Positions 51,192 through 64,000 of a stretch of 64,000 nucleotides of DNA are shown here, piece by piece. The notes under the pieces are model-generated. The model saw nothing but the letters and a program-made list of their open reading frames with translations, had not been told where the DNA came from and did not search any database. Numbering within the stretch: position 1 is the stretch's first letter; every line of letters starts with the position of its first letter. Origin of the DNA: an uncultured bacterium (GTDB taxonomy: Bacteria > Zixibacteria > MSB-5A5 > CAIYYT01); NCBI GenBank assembly GCA_963726455.1, contig CAVSCK010000005.1:320001-384000 (forward strand), read 5' to 3'. Position numbers and translations under genes: made by a program.

Positions 51192-52000
51192 AGATCGGCA
51201 TTACAGATAGGCGACACGTTGCGCGGTTGCTTCCGGAAGTGATCGACACAGCTGCGGCTGCGGGCAAGCTGTTGATGAAGAATGTGAATCGGCGTCGGCA
51301 GGTTGAATTCAAGGGCAAGGTCGATCTCGTGACCGAAATGGATGTCAAGAGCGAGAAGCTGATCGTGGCGCGACTGGGAAAGCTGCTGCCGGAGGCGTCA
51401 TTTCTGACTGAGGAAGGAAGTGAAGCTGAGGGGAATTCTGTGTGCAAGTGGGTTATCGATCCGCTGGATGGCACGACGAATTATGCGCATCGATTTCCGG
51501 TGTGGTGCGTTTCGATCGCGCTCGAATGGGAAGGCGAAATCGTGCTGGGATGCGTGTACGATCCCAATCGTGATGAATTGTTTGCTGCCGTCGTTGGCAA
51601 GCCGGCCAAGCTGAACGGGAAAGCAGTTCATGTCAGTGATGCCGATGAATTGTGCAATTCCCTGTTGGCGACCGGATTTCCGTATGATATTCAAACCAGC
51701 AACGTGAATAATCTCGATCACTTTGCCAGGTTCGCAGTGACTGCGCGCGGGATCAGGCGAGCCGGATCGGCGGCGCTGGACTTATGCTATTTGGCGACGG
51801 GACGATTCGACGGTTTCTGGGAATTGAAACTTCATCCGTGGGACACGGCGGCTGCGATTTTGATTGTGGCGCAAGCCGGCGGAACGGTCACCAATTTTGA
51901 GGGCGGGCAGTTCTCGATCTACTCCGACAGCATTCTGGCATCGAACGGCAAGATTCACAGACAGATGATGCAGGTGTTGGCACAAAGTCCGACCGACTAA
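51188..52000 (+). CDS. suhB: Inositol monophosphatase
   Basis: DLVTEMD, WVIDPLDGTTNY, RRAGSAALDL, LHPWDTAA. Confidence 0.93.
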   Translation: MKIGITDRRHVARLLPEVIDTAAAAGKLLMKNVNRRRQVEFKGKVDLVTEMDVKSEKLIVARLGKLLPEASFLTEEGSEAEGNSVCKWVIDPLDGTTNYAHRFPVWCVSIALEWEGEIVLGCVYDPNRDELFAAVVGKPAKLNGKAVHVSDADELCNSLLATGFPYDIQTSNVNNLDHFARFAVTARGIRRAGSAALDLCYLATGRFDGFWELKLHPWDTAAAILIVAQAGGTVTNFEGGQFSIYSDSILASNGKIHRQMMQVLAQSPTD

Positions 52001-52045
52001 CCAGCTATTTTGTATAAGTCTTGAGGGGAGCGATTGGGAGAGTTG

Positions 52046-52802
52046 TCAGGCCTTTACTTTGCAGGAGGCGACGACGTCTTCCAGTTCTTTGAAGTCAACG
52101 GGCTTGGGAAGAAATTTGCTGACGCCGGATTCCTTGATTCTCTCCAATAGATCATCAGTTGCATACGCGCTGACCATGATGACGGGCAGGTTCGGGTACC
52201 GCTGATGTATTTTGCTGAACAGCGTGATGCCGTCGCCGTCGGGCATTTTGAGGTCGGTGATTACGAGGTCGACGGTGTTGTCTTCGAGAAAGGCCGCCGC
52301 AGAAGATACTGTGCTGGCGGTGTGGACGGAGTTATCCGCGGCTTCGAGGCGTTGTGCCATGCTGGTCAGGAATTCGGTGTTATCATCGATCAAAAGGATG
52401 CGGGTGCGCCTGATTCCCGCAAGCAATCTGCTGATTTCACTTTCAATCGTTCCAATGCGGAACGGTTTGGCGAGGAAACTGTCGGCGCCGCTGGAGAAAG
52501 CGCGATCCTTGATCGTGTCAGTTCCGATGCCGGTAATCAACATGACGGGCAGTTGCTTATTGGATCTTCTTGATTTCTTCGAGCAATTCGATTCCCGACA
52601 TGGCGGGCATGTTGATATCCGAAATCACCAGATCGATTTCTTCACGTTCAAGGACTTCGAGCGCGGTTTTGGCGGATTCAGCGGCATAGGCCTGATAGCC
52701 AATGACAACCAGCGTATCCACCAACAACTCGGTGAGGTTGGGGTCATCGTCTACCACGAGCACTTTGATCATATGTTCCGCCACATTACTATAATCGTTC
52801 AT
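52046..52802 (-). CDS. Tandem double receiver-domain response regulator; one apparent frameshift
   Basis: REC1 VVDDD/ISDINMP/KPF and REC2 LIDDN/ITDLKMP/KPV; removing one base at 52562-52563 gives EIKKINKQLPVMLITG. Confidence 0.85.
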
Positions 52803-52970
52803 TTGGCCGGAATCTTTAGCCCCCCGGCAGAGGTGGCACCGTGGAAAAAGCTTTCCCTTTGGGAAAACAGAGTGTTAACTTGCAGCCAGGGTGGAGAATA
52901 GGCGCCCCATTCGAGGCAATTTCATGAATTCCTATACAGAATAGAAGGTTTCAAACCAAGGAGTAGACGG

Positions 52971-54683
52971 ATGAAACAGGCACGTATGGCAGGATGGTTG
53001 TTTATGGCAATCCTGCTGTTGGCTGTAACAGCGCTAACCGCCGCGGAACAGTCACCGCTGGTGACGGCGATGAAGACCGAGCTGGACCGCTCGGTGAAAG
53101 CATACGCGCACGCTGATTCGGTGCCCATGTACTTTCTCAGCTATGAAGTTACGGAGACCGATATGCGCAATTTGAGCGCCTCGTATGGCGCCATTAATAA
53201 CGATGACCATACGCGCAGCCGCATTCTCGATATCGACCTGCGAGTGGGAGACTACCGGATGGACAATACCCGCGAAATTCGGGGCTCTTATGACTACGGA
53301 CGGTTTGGGTTCAATATCACGCAGTTGCCATTGGAAGATGACGACAAAGCGATCCGCACCGCCATTTGGGAAGCCACGGACGGTGAGTACAAGTCGGCGC
53401 TGGAACAATATACCAAGGTCAAGACCAATCAGCAGGTGATGGTGGAGCAGGAAGACACGTCGGCAGATTTTTCGATCGAGAAACCGAACGTATTCATCGG
53501 CGCCACGGCGGCAGAAACGTGCGATTCCACGGCGTGGGAATCGCGCCTGCGGGAGTTGAGCGCCCTGTTCAAAGAGTATCCGTTCGTCGAGAGGTCGAGC
53601 GTCAGTCTCACGGTGACGAATGACAATCGCTATTTCGTGTCGAGCGAAGGCACGTTGATTCAGGAAGGCCAGCCATACATCCGACTCGGGGTGCAGTGCT
53701 CCGGGACGTGCAGTGACGGCATGAGAATTCAGAGATACGAGAGTTTCGACGCGGCGTCGGTCAGCGGACTGCCGGCGGATACCACAGTCATCAAGACCAT
53801 TCATCGGCTGGTCACTGAACTGGAAACGTTGCTGAAGGCACCGCTGGCGGAGCCATACACGGGTCCGGCAATCCTGGTCAACCGCGCCACAGGCGTCTAT
53901 TTCCATGAAATCTTCGGGCACCGCATCGAGGGACACCGGCAGAAATCGGAATCGGAAGGACAGACATTCGCGAAGAAGGTTAACCAGAAGATTCTCCCCG
54001 ATTTTATCAGTGTCTATGATGATCCGACCGAAACTCAGTACAACGGCGAATTCCTGCGTGGGCATTATCAGTATGACGACCAGGGCGTCAAGACTGAGAA
54101 GGTCACGGTGGTCGACGGTGGAGTTCTGAGAAACTTCCTGATGTCGCGGTCGCCCATCAAAGGATTTTCCGAATCGAACGCGCATGGCCGCAAACAAGCG
54201 GGTATGTCGGTGGTATCGCGGCAGGGAAACTTGATTGTTCGTTCGAGCAAGGAAGTGCCGTTCGACTCGCTGCTGGCGCAAATGAGGGACGAGTGCAAGA
54301 AACAGGGCAAGCCCTACGGCTTGATCTTCTACGACATTTCCGGCGGCTTTACCCAGACCGGGCGGTACGGTCCGCAGGCATTCAAGGTCATTCCGCTGCT
54401 GGTGTACAAGTACTACACTGACGGTAGACCGATGGAAGCGATCCGGGGTGTCGACATTGTAGGGACGCCACTGGCGAGTTTCGAGCAGATCGTTGCCACC
54501 GGCAATGACTACGATGTTTTCAACGGCACCTGCGGCGCGGAGTCGGGTTGGGTGCCGGTATCGGCGGTAGCACCCAGTATTCTGGTTGCATCGCTGGAAG
54601 TCGAGAAAAAGTTCAAGGAGCAGCAGAAACCGCCAATTTTGCCGCCTCCATACAAACCTGTCAAAACCAGCGGGCTTTACTAG
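52971..54683 (+). CDS. TldD-family metallopeptidase with signal peptide
   Basis: FHEIFGHRIEG, VYDDPT, YDDQG, GTCGAESGWVPVS. Confidence 0.92.
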   Translation: MKQARMAGWLFMAILLLAVTALTAAEQSPLVTAMKTELDRSVKAYAHADSVPMYFLSYEVTETDMRNLSASYGAINNDDHTRSRILDIDLRVGDYRMDNTREIRGSYDYGRFGFNITQLPLEDDDKAIRTAIWEATDGEYKSALEQYTKVKTNQQVMVEQEDTSADFSIEKPNVFIGATAAETCDSTAWESRLRELSALFKEYPFVERSSVSLTVTNDNRYFVSSEGTLIQEGQPYIRLGVQCSGTCSDGMRIQRYESFDAASVSGLPADTTVIKTIHRLVTELETLLKAPLAEPYTGPAILVNRATGVYFHEIFGHRIEGHRQKSESEGQTFAKKVNQKILPDFISVYDDPTETQYNGEFLRGHYQYDDQGVKTEKVTVVDGGVLRNFLMSRSPIKGFSESNAHGRKQAGMSVVSRQGNLIVRSSKEVPFDSLLAQMRDECKKQGKPYGLIFYDISGGFTQTGRYGPQAFKVIPLLVYKYYTDGRPMEAIRGVDIVGTPLASFEQIVATGNDYDVFNGTCGAESGWVPVSAVAPSILVASLEVEKKFKEQQKPPILPPPYKPVKTSGLY

Positions 54684-54698
54684 GTGGAGGCGATGAAG

Positions 54699-56448
54699 AT
54701 GAAAACAAGAAATTCCAATCGGCTGATTTTCTGCGGTATCATTGCCGCCCTATTGAGCATGACAACGTTCGCATTCGCCCAGCAGACCGGGGATGTAATT
54801 TTCAAGGCGATGCAGGACGAACTGGATCGCAACATGTCGCAACTGGTGATGGAGAACCTGGAACACCCGTACTTCATCAGTTACACCATTGACGACGCGC
54901 AGCAACTGGACGTAAGCGCCAGTCTGGGGACACTCTCGCGTTCTCAGTTGGATCGCGGGCGTTATCTATCCGTGGATTTGCGAGTCGGCGACTACGCGCT
55001 GGACAATTCCAATTTCGTTTCCGGCTTTTCCGGATTCGGGGCCGATTATGCACCGCTGGCTCTGGATGACAATTACGACGCCATTCGGAATCAGATTTAT
55101 CTCGAGACCGACCAGGCATACAAGAATGCGCTGGAGACGATTTCCAAAAAGCGCGCCTATTTGCAGACACGCGTGATTACCAACCGCCCTGACGATTTCC
55201 TGAAGCTGCCGGCCAACCGGGTTATTGGCAAGCCGGAGCCGTTCGACCTCGACAAGGCGAAATTCGCACAGATGGCGGAAACGGCCACGGGGCTTTTCCG
55301 CGAATTTCCAAATATTATTTCCTCGGAGCTGAAAGTGCAGGGGGGAGTATCCAATCAATACCTGGTAAACTCCAATGGAACGCGCACTCTGCGCGGAGAC
55401 CGAATCTATGTGTTCGAGCTGTCGATGATGGGCAAAGGCAAAGACGGCGAGGACATTCTGGACGGTGACCGCATCATTGCCAAGAGCGCGGCGGAAATTC
55501 CATCCGCTGCCGACCTGACTGTCTGGGCCCGGAATAATGCGGAACGGATGAATCGGCTGCTTCAGGCCGACACGCTCGATGAATATGTCGGGCCAGTCTT
55601 GTTCACTGATGCGGCAGCCGGGGAATTTTTCCGGCAATTGTTCGTTCGCAATATCACGAACATACCGCAGCCGCTGTACGAGAACGAACAGATGGCCTCG
55701 GTTATGCAGGCAGCCGGCGGCGCATTCGGTGAAAAACTGAATCGCCGGGTTCTGCCGACTACCTTCACGGTTTACGATGACCCGACGGTGAACAAGGTCG
55801 GCAACAAAACCGTAGTCGGCGGATATTCGGTCGACGATGCCGGCGTGACTCCGCAGAAGGTCACTCTGGTACAGAACGGCAAGCTGGTAAGTCTGCTGAT
55901 CGGTGTGACACCGACGAAGAAGGTGAAGAGAGGCCAACGGGCATGCGCGGGGCGCTGTCGGCAAGGAAATCGCTGCCAAGCCGTCGAATCTCGTGTTCGA
56001 ATCGACTGACAAGGTATCGTACGACAAGCTCAAGGAGCGTATGATTACGTTCTGCAAGGATGTGGATCTTCCCTACGGGTTGATTGTGAAGCGCCTGCGC
56101 GATCCGAATGCGTCCAGTCCGGCATTTGCTTACAGTAACATGTTCATGCAGCGATCCGGCGCGGCGGAAGAATTGAGCGCACCCTGGGAGATTTACAAGC
56201 TGTACCCTGACGGACGTGAGGATCCGGTTCGCGGTTTGCAGTTCAATGACGTGACGACACGCATACTCAAGGACATCGATCAGACCGATGATCAGACGTT
56301 CGTTTACAGTTATCTTCTGAACAATGATCCTGAGATGGCATCGTCAATCGTTACACCGTCGGTGCTGGTAGAGGAAATGGAACTGAAGAAGAGCGAAGAA
56401 AAGGTCAAGAAGCCGCCGATTCTTCCCTCGCCTCTCGCGACGAAGTAA
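54699..56448 (+). CDS. TldE/PmbA-like partner subunit with signal peptide; one apparent frameshift
   Basis: Paralogous to the upstream gene (DLRVGDY, VYDDPT) but no HExxxH; removing one base near 55929 gives ANGHARG...PSNLVFES. Confidence 0.85.
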
Positions 56449-56468
56449 TTTCTTGTAACACAGCAACT

Positions 56469-56514
56469 AAGCCGGATTTCCGATGCAGGCAACACCTGCC
56501 GAAAATCCGGCTTT
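56469..56514 (+). terminator. Hairpin after the tld pair
   Basis: AAGCCGGATTT...AAATCCGGCTTT with an inner GCAGG/CCTGC stem. Confidence 0.55.
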
Positions 56515-56643
56515 CTGGTTACGTTAAAATTTCCGCAAAATTGCCGAATAGACTTTACAGAGGCAAGCGTTCTGAACGCACAGCGCTCTAAGGTTGGGCT
56601 AGCAGAAAGCTCTGGTGATTATTGTTCTCGGGGAGTACTCGAA

Positions 56644-57534
56644 TTGGCAGATAACGGGTTTGACCAGACTTCGGTCACGACGACTTTACAAAAGCCGGCC
56701 GCCATGGCCAACGAAACGCAAAACCCGATGCTGGTCGTTCTGAACGGACCTCTGCTCGGCAAAGCATTTACAATTGACCGGCCGGTGCTGACAATCGGTC
56801 GCGCCAGCAACTGCGATATACATATTGATGACGAAAACGTCAGCCGCAATCACGCGGAACTATCGCTGCGGGACAAGCTGGTCTGGATCAAGGACAACGA
56901 GTCCACCAACGGCACGTTCATCAACTCCAAGAAGATAAGTGAAGTTCCGCTCAACGACGGCGATCTGGTACTGATCGGCCAGGTATTGTTCAAGTTCATA
57001 TACTCCAGCCCGGTTGAGAATCGTTTTTTCGGTCAGATGTATTCGCTGGCGACCACTGATTTCCTGACGGACATCGCCAACCGCCAACAGATAATCAATC
57101 TGCTGGAGCAGGAATTCCATCGCGCCCGCCGGTACGCAAGGGCGCTCAGTATCCTGATTTACGACATTGATCGTTTCAAGAGAATCAATGATACCTACGG
57201 GCATCTGGTCGGGGATCAAATGCTGATCGAGAGCAGCCGCATCGTCAAATCACACCTGCGTTCTGAAGATCATTTCGGACGCCTGGGCGGCGACGAGTTT
57301 CTCGTGATTTGTCCGGAAACCCAGGTCGACAATACGCTGGCCCTGGGCAAGCGATTACAGGTAGTATTGAGCAGAACCGACTTCGTGGTCGGCGACCGAT
57401 CAATCTTCTTCACCATCAGCGCCGGTGTTGCGCAAGTGACCTCCAAGGTCGCAACGCCGGACGAATTCATTGTGCTGGCAGACCAGGCGCTATACCGCGC
57501 CAAGAATGCCGGACGAAATCAATGTTCAAGCTGA
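56644..57534 (+). CDS. FHA-domain diguanylate cyclase
   Basis: FHA motifs IGR, VSRNHA, STNGT; DIDRFKRINDTYGH, I-site RSED, GRLGGDEF. Confidence 0.95.
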   Translation: MADNGFDQTSVTTTLQKPAAMANETQNPMLVVLNGPLLGKAFTIDRPVLTIGRASNCDIHIDDENVSRNHAELSLRDKLVWIKDNESTNGTFINSKKISEVPLNDGDLVLIGQVLFKFIYSSPVENRFFGQMYSLATTDFLTDIANRQQIINLLEQEFHRARRYARALSILIYDIDRFKRINDTYGHLVGDQMLIESSRIVKSHLRSEDHFGRLGGDEFLVICPETQVDNTLALGKRLQVVLSRTDFVVGDRSIFFTISAGVAQVTSKVATPDEFIVLADQALYRAKNAGRNQCSS

Positions 57535-57652
57535 GCCGACGCACAACTCTCTAATTCCGAATCACATTACGAACTGAGCGGTCGAAAAGCTGTTCTTGAA
57601 GTACGGAGACTCGCATTCCTTGTATCGAATGCGAGTCTCTCGATTTCGATTC

Positions 57653-59752
57653 TTACTTGCAGGTGGCGCAGGGCGCCGGTCCGCCGCCGAAAATGTAGGA
57701 TATCAAATAGACGGCGTCAGAGATATCAACTGCCTGATCGCAATTTCCATCGCCGGCTATAAGCGGGCTGGGCGCCGGTCCGCCGGAGAAGATGTAGCCG
57801 ATCAGGAATACGGCGTCGGAAATATCTATCGACGAACTGTTATCGGCATCGCCACAGGCATACGGGGGTTGCGCGACTGTCATGATGATGTCGGTCGTGT
57901 CTGATTTGACAGGGCTGCCGGTATCATCACAGGTGATAGTGAAGTAGAAGGTAGACTTGTAGGTCGGCGCACCGTAAAGTCTGCCGGCGCTGCCACCCTC
58001 GAAGGTCATGCCGTACGGCAAGTCTCCGCCCAACATTGCCCAAGTATATGTCCCTGTTCCTCCCACGGAGTGGAAATTGTAGTCGAGGTTCTGTCGGTAC
58101 CAAACAGTGTCGGGCAGGTCCTGACGATGGATGTGCACGAATCCGTCGCAGGCATCGCCGACGCCATCGCCGTTCTCATCATACTGGTCATTGTTGGGAA
58201 CCGTGGGGCAGTTGTCGCAGGCGTCGCCGAGAGTGTCAGCATCGCTCGCTTGTTGATCGATGTTGACGACGAAATCGCAATTGTCGGACAAGTTCAACAA
58301 TCCGTCGCCGTCTATGTCAGGATCGCAGACATCGCCGAGGCCGTCGCCATCAACGTCGCCTTGATTATGATTGGCGACACTCGGGCAATTGTCGCAGACG
58401 TCGCCGACACCGTCCTGATCCGCATCCGCCTGATTGGCATTCGCGATCATCGGGCAGTTATCGGAAGCGTTGAGAACGCCATCACCGTCAAAGTCGGGCT
58501 GGGGTTGAATGTGAGTGTAGATCGCTTCCTGGCTGGAATTGCAGCCCCAGTCGCAGAAGTAGTTGTCGACGGCGTACCAGGCATTGTTCGAGTTGGCCCA
58601 GCCGTAGTTCAGGTGGTACCGGTTGACTCCACCGGTGTTGTTCCAGCCGTCGATCACCAGCGCGTGACTGGTGATTTGCAGATAGATCGGACGCGATGCA
58701 TCAATTTCGGCTTTGATCAAGTTGAACCACTGGGTCGCGTTGTAGCTGTTGCGGCCGTAAACAGCGATGCTGTTTTGATAGCGAAAGTGATTTATCAGAG
58801 CTTCCGGGACATCCATGCTGTACGCGCCGGACGCACAGGCGCCGTACATCATATTGACCACGACGCCGGCTTCGTAATTGAGCTCGGCAACTGCGTTCTT
58901 CTGCGCCACTGTTGAGGCGCCGTTCACTGTATCTTTGATGTTCGCCCAATCGTAAGGATCACTGCAGTCGACCTGCAAATTCCCACCGGGAGTGTTGCCA
59001 CCCGTACAGGAGTAATCGCCGCTCCAGTAATAGTAATGCGTAGCGGCGCCCGCAGGCGGGCATTTCCAGTAATTCATTATCTGAGCCATCGTTGTCGCCA
59101 CACAGCCGACGACGCATTGACCGCCATAGCCTTGCGGACAGAACTGGTTGTACGGATAGTCCTGATGCCAATTAGAAGTCAGGAGTGGACCGACCTGCGT
59201 TTGAGGCGACATGGGGGTCTTGGCCATTGCCTGCTTGAACGTCCGGCTGTCGACAGAGAAACGATTCCACTCGTCGCGCTCCTCGCGTGAGAAGATTGCC
59301 GTACTGGAAGCGGGCTGAGCGGCGTCGATGCTGCCGTAATTCTGAATGAAGAGACGCATCTGATGAATCAGATTTTCGCGCACGAGTTGAACCAGTCCGC
59401 CGGTCTCATTGACGTCGAAGCCGGAGGTCAAGCCGTACAGTTTCACAGGCGCCAATTCTTTCATCACCGGAACCAGCACAAAACCGCGCGGGGACACCGA
59501 GTAGACTTTGGCGAGTAGCGTGTCGTTCCAGGTCAAATCGTTCAATGAACTAATCTGCGGCGAATTTTCCCCAGCCCAACTTCCCGGCTGGTTGCCGACA
59601 AAGGTCAGCCAGTTGGCGGCGACATTGTTCATTTCAACGACTGACGCTCTTTCTCCCAGCAGTCCGGGCGCCCAGCACAGCGAAAGCAGGACGAATACCA
59701 GAAGTGCCAATTTCGGGAGGATGTTGTTACAAAGCTTTGGCAGTTTGGTCAT
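57653..59752 (-). CDS. C10 (streptopain-family) cysteine peptidase with prodomain, thrombospondin type 3 repeats and dockerin-like domain
   Basis: [13 protein letters not shown] (Cys), HALVIDG (His), NYGW; DNCP...GDVCD repeats; duplicated DISDAVxLIxYIFxGGPAP. Confidence 0.93.
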   Translation of the reverse strand: MTKLPKLCNNILPKLALLVFVLLSLCWAPGLLGERASVVEMNNVAANWLTFVGNQPGSWAGENSPQISSLNDLTWNDTLLAKVYSVSPRGFVLVPVMKELAPVKLYGLTSGFDVNETGGLVQLVRENLIHQMRLFIQNYGSIDAAQPASSTAIFSREERDEWNRFSVDSRTFKQAMAKTPMSPQTQVGPLLTSNWHQDYPYNQFCPQGYGGQCVVGCVATTMAQIMNYWKCPPAGAATHYYYWSGDYSCTGGNTPGGNLQVDCSDPYDWANIKDTVNGASTVAQKNAVAELNYEAGVVVNMMYGACASGAYSMDVPEALINHFRYQNSIAVYGRNSYNATQWFNLIKAEIDASRPIYLQITSHALVIDGWNNTGGVNRYHLNYGWANSNNAWYAVDNYFCDWGCNSSQEAIYTHIQPQPDFDGDGVLNASDNCPMIANANQADADQDGVGDVCDNCPSVANHNQGDVDGDGLGDVCDPDIDGDGLLNLSDNCDFVVNIDQQASDADTLGDACDNCPTVPNNDQYDENGDGVGDACDGFVHIHRQDLPDTVWYRQNLDYNFHSVGGTGTYTWAMLGGDLPYGMTFEGGSAGRLYGAPTYKSTFYFTITCDDTGSPVKSDTTDIIMTVAQPPYACGDADNSSSIDISDAVFLIGYIFSGGPAPSPLIAGDGNCDQAVDISDAVYLISYIFGGGPAPCATCK

Positions 59753-60099
59753 ATCTTCGAAGCTCCTTTTGGTACCTTATTTTCTATATGCAAATTCGAC
59801 CGTAACGCGGTCAGCAGATAAGCCGGCCACCGCGATTCAGTCCAGGAAATTGTATTTACAGTTCGCCTCGCGAATGTATTCGAGCAAGTATATATCCACA
59901 ATATAGTTAATCGACCAATAAGTCAAGTTGTTTTGCCCTGATTCGCCGATTTCGCAGGTTATGGTTGCGGTATTATGGCTGTCTCATTCTGCGACAGTAC
60001 TGCATAGCTGCGCGAATCAACTTGAGGTTTGTCTTCTCTGAATGAAACGTGCGGGATGGTCGGATGGATGAAGTGTAGAGAAGATTGATAGCAGACCAG

Positions 60100-60133
60100 A
60101 AACAAGAAAGGGACAGCCGCTGCAACTGTCCCC
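60100..60133 (-). terminator. Rho-independent terminator
   Basis: On the - strand: GGGACAGTT...GGCTGTCCC-TTTCTTGTTT. Confidence 0.75.
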
Positions 60134-60157
60134 TAAATTCACATGAGTGTGAGTCCC

Positions 60158-60283
60158 CTACTTCTTGCCTTTGTGCAAGTGACAGTATTTAGCCGGCGGG
60201 GCAACCATCAGGGCGCACTTCTTGCCTTCCCTGGTCTTGCCGGCGCACCGGATTTTCTTTGCTACTTTCTTAGCTTTGCGCAA
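60158..60283 (-). CDS. Small basic Cys3-His zinc-finger-like protein (41 aa, DUF5763-like), absent from the ORF track
   Basis: AAGGAGGTG RBS then TTG; MRKAKKVAKKIRCAGKTREGKKCALMVAPPAKYCHLHKGKK; own terminator. Confidence 0.82.
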   Translation of the reverse strand: MRKAKKVAKKIRCAGKTREGKKCALMVAPPAKYCHLHKGKK

Positions 60284-60531
60284 CACTCACCTCCTTGAAA
60301 TTAGGGTTAGGTTGGTATTAGTTTGCCAGTGTTGAAAAATGGTGTCAACAAAAACATTGTCTTTGATTCCATCTTTCGCGCGTCCGACCTGAGACATTCT
60401 TCGGCTTAATGTCCGCCGAAACAACACCAATCTGACCGCGATAGTCAGGAGTGAGCGAATGAATTGTTGAATTACTTCTGCCGAAACAATAAGTGCTTGG
60501 AACGAATGGCGGGAAATGGTATGAATAAAAT

Positions 60532-61920
60532 ATGAAGATCGTATCCACCGTTGATGAAGCAATCAATCCCTCGATATTGAAACCCGGCAAGGTAATCTAC
60601 ACCTCCGGCAACGCCGCTACTCCGCAAGTGTTGTTGGGACAGATCGCGAAAGACAAGTCGATCAAAGGCGTGTCGATATACGGCGTGCTGCTGTTGGGCG
60701 AGTCGTTGCGTCCGTTGTTTTCCGAAGAACGTTGCCGCGACATCACGCATCGGGTGATCTTCGCAAGCTATCTCACTCGCGAAGCAGTTAACAACGGTTG
60801 GGCGTTCTACCATCCGATGCATTTATCGGAAATTCCGAAATTCATGAAGTTGAGAATGAAGCCCAACGTTGCAGTTGTCTCAGTTTCGGGCCCGGACATT
60901 GGGGGACGTTACAGTCTAGGGACAACAGTTGAGGGAGTTCTTTCGGCTGTTGAGTACTGCAATGCCAACGGGGGGATCGTCGTCGCCGAACGCAACAAAC
61001 AGATGCCGTTCGTGCTTGGCACGACCATACCGGAAGAAAGCATCGACTACCTGGTGGAAGCAGATTACCCTCTGCCGACAAGCCCCACCAAACAGGCGGA
61101 CGCTGTTGCCACGCGAATCGGCGAGATCATCGCCGCGCTTTATGTTGAGGACGGTTCCCGCGACAAACCGGGTTCGACCTTGCAGTACGGCATCGGCGAG
61201 GTCCCTGAAGCGGTAACGACGGCGATTCTGGAAAAGGGGGTTCGCGATCTCGGAATACATACCGAGTTGTTTTCCGGCGCGCTGGCCCGGCTGGTCAAGG
61301 CGGGCGTGGTGAGCAATCGCTGGAAGAAACATCTCAACTTCGCGGTGTCGTCGATATTTCTGGCTGAAGACCAGGCGGGTTACGATTGGCTGGCCTACAA
61401 CAGCGCAGTGCAAAGCCGTCCCAGCAACTACACCAACAGCGTATTCAAAATTGCGGAGCATCCGAAAATGGTTTCGATAAACAGCGCCATCGGAGTTGAT
61501 CTCCACGGCAATATCTGGGCGGATTCGCTGGATGCCCGCAAGATATATTCGGGAGTCGGCGGGCAAAGCGACTTCATCCGCGGAGCACAATATTCAGACG
61601 GTGGTTTGGCGATTATAGCGCTCAAGTCGATCACCAAGGACGGCGTTTCGAAGATTATTGATCGTTCACCGGCAGGCATAACGACTACCGCGATTCCTGC
61701 CGATCAGGTAATTCTCGTGACTGAAAACGGGGCATTTGATCGACGCGGTTTGAGTTTAGGGGAGCGTGCGATCGGGATTGCACATCTGGCACAACCGGAA
61801 CATCGCGACCAATTGCTCAAGACGATTGCCGATGATCCGGCGTTTCATAAGCCGGCGTACTCGGTCACGCGCGGTATTCCCGGATTTACGCCTTACGAGG
61901 AAGCTGTAAAACATCTGTAA
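60532..61920 (+). CDS. Acetyl-CoA hydrolase/transferase family protein (4-hydroxybutyrate CoA-transferase-like)
   Basis: STLQYGIG, LGIHTELF, MVSINSAIGVDL, SGVGGQSDFIRGA, VTENG. Confidence 0.92.
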   Translation: MKIVSTVDEAINPSILKPGKVIYTSGNAATPQVLLGQIAKDKSIKGVSIYGVLLLGESLRPLFSEERCRDITHRVIFASYLTREAVNNGWAFYHPMHLSEIPKFMKLRMKPNVAVVSVSGPDIGGRYSLGTTVEGVLSAVEYCNANGGIVVAERNKQMPFVLGTTIPEESIDYLVEADYPLPTSPTKQADAVATRIGEIIAALYVEDGSRDKPGSTLQYGIGEVPEAVTTAILEKGVRDLGIHTELFSGALARLVKAGVVSNRWKKHLNFAVSSIFLAEDQAGYDWLAYNSAVQSRPSNYTNSVFKIAEHPKMVSINSAIGVDLHGNIWADSLDARKIYSGVGGQSDFIRGAQYSDGGLAIIALKSITKDGVSKIIDRSPAGITTTAIPADQVILVTENGAFDRRGLSLGERAIGIAHLAQPEHRDQLLKTIADDPAFHKPAYSVTRGIPGFTPYEEAVKHL

Positions 61921-61962
61921 AGAGCCGGAACCGCATCCGCACGTAAATCACCAGCTGCCCGC

Positions 61963-63975
<2,013 letters not shown>

Positions 63976-64000
63976 ACTGAGTCCATCCTTGTCCTTCTTA

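Noticed and set aside
56560-56615. Riboswitch-like words upstream of the diguanylate cyclase
   Set aside because: Only fragments resemble the c-di-GMP-I consensus, and the stems cannot be built.
57660-58480. DNA-level direct repeats resembling an array
   Set aside because: Explained by the duplicated dockerin halves and TSP3 protein repeats; no repeat-spacer structure.

Overview
Gene-dense bacterial window with no rRNA, tRNA, CRISPR array or intact mobile element recognisable by eye. A Zixibacteria-style C-terminal dockerin-like domain and a WD40/TolB-Omp85 protein suggest candidate division Zixibacteria or a related FCB-type diderm lineage (inference). It holds housekeeping genes (murA, pruA, icd, mutY, gltX, coaX, suhB), many exported peptidases (zincin, M16, M29-like, TldD/E, C10), metal genes (DtxR-feoAB, ZIP, ferritin-like, monoheme beta-barrel) and ABC exporters. 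Several genes carry single-base frameshifts that look like long-read consensus errors. The most interesting candidate system is at 46-3030: a small secreted protein translationally coupled to a TPR-domain sigma54 enhancer-binding protein, followed by repeated palindromic boxes and a near-consensus sigma54 -24/-12 promoter. That promoter points into a structured stretch with no protein gene of normal size. This resembles a peptide signal -> TPR receptor/activator -> sigma54-dependent small RNA circuit. Other highlights are a second candidate sRNA, two matching DtxR-type operators, two small proteins missed by the ORF track, a Cyc2-like cytochrome-porin architecture and a possible decayed REP-associated transposase.
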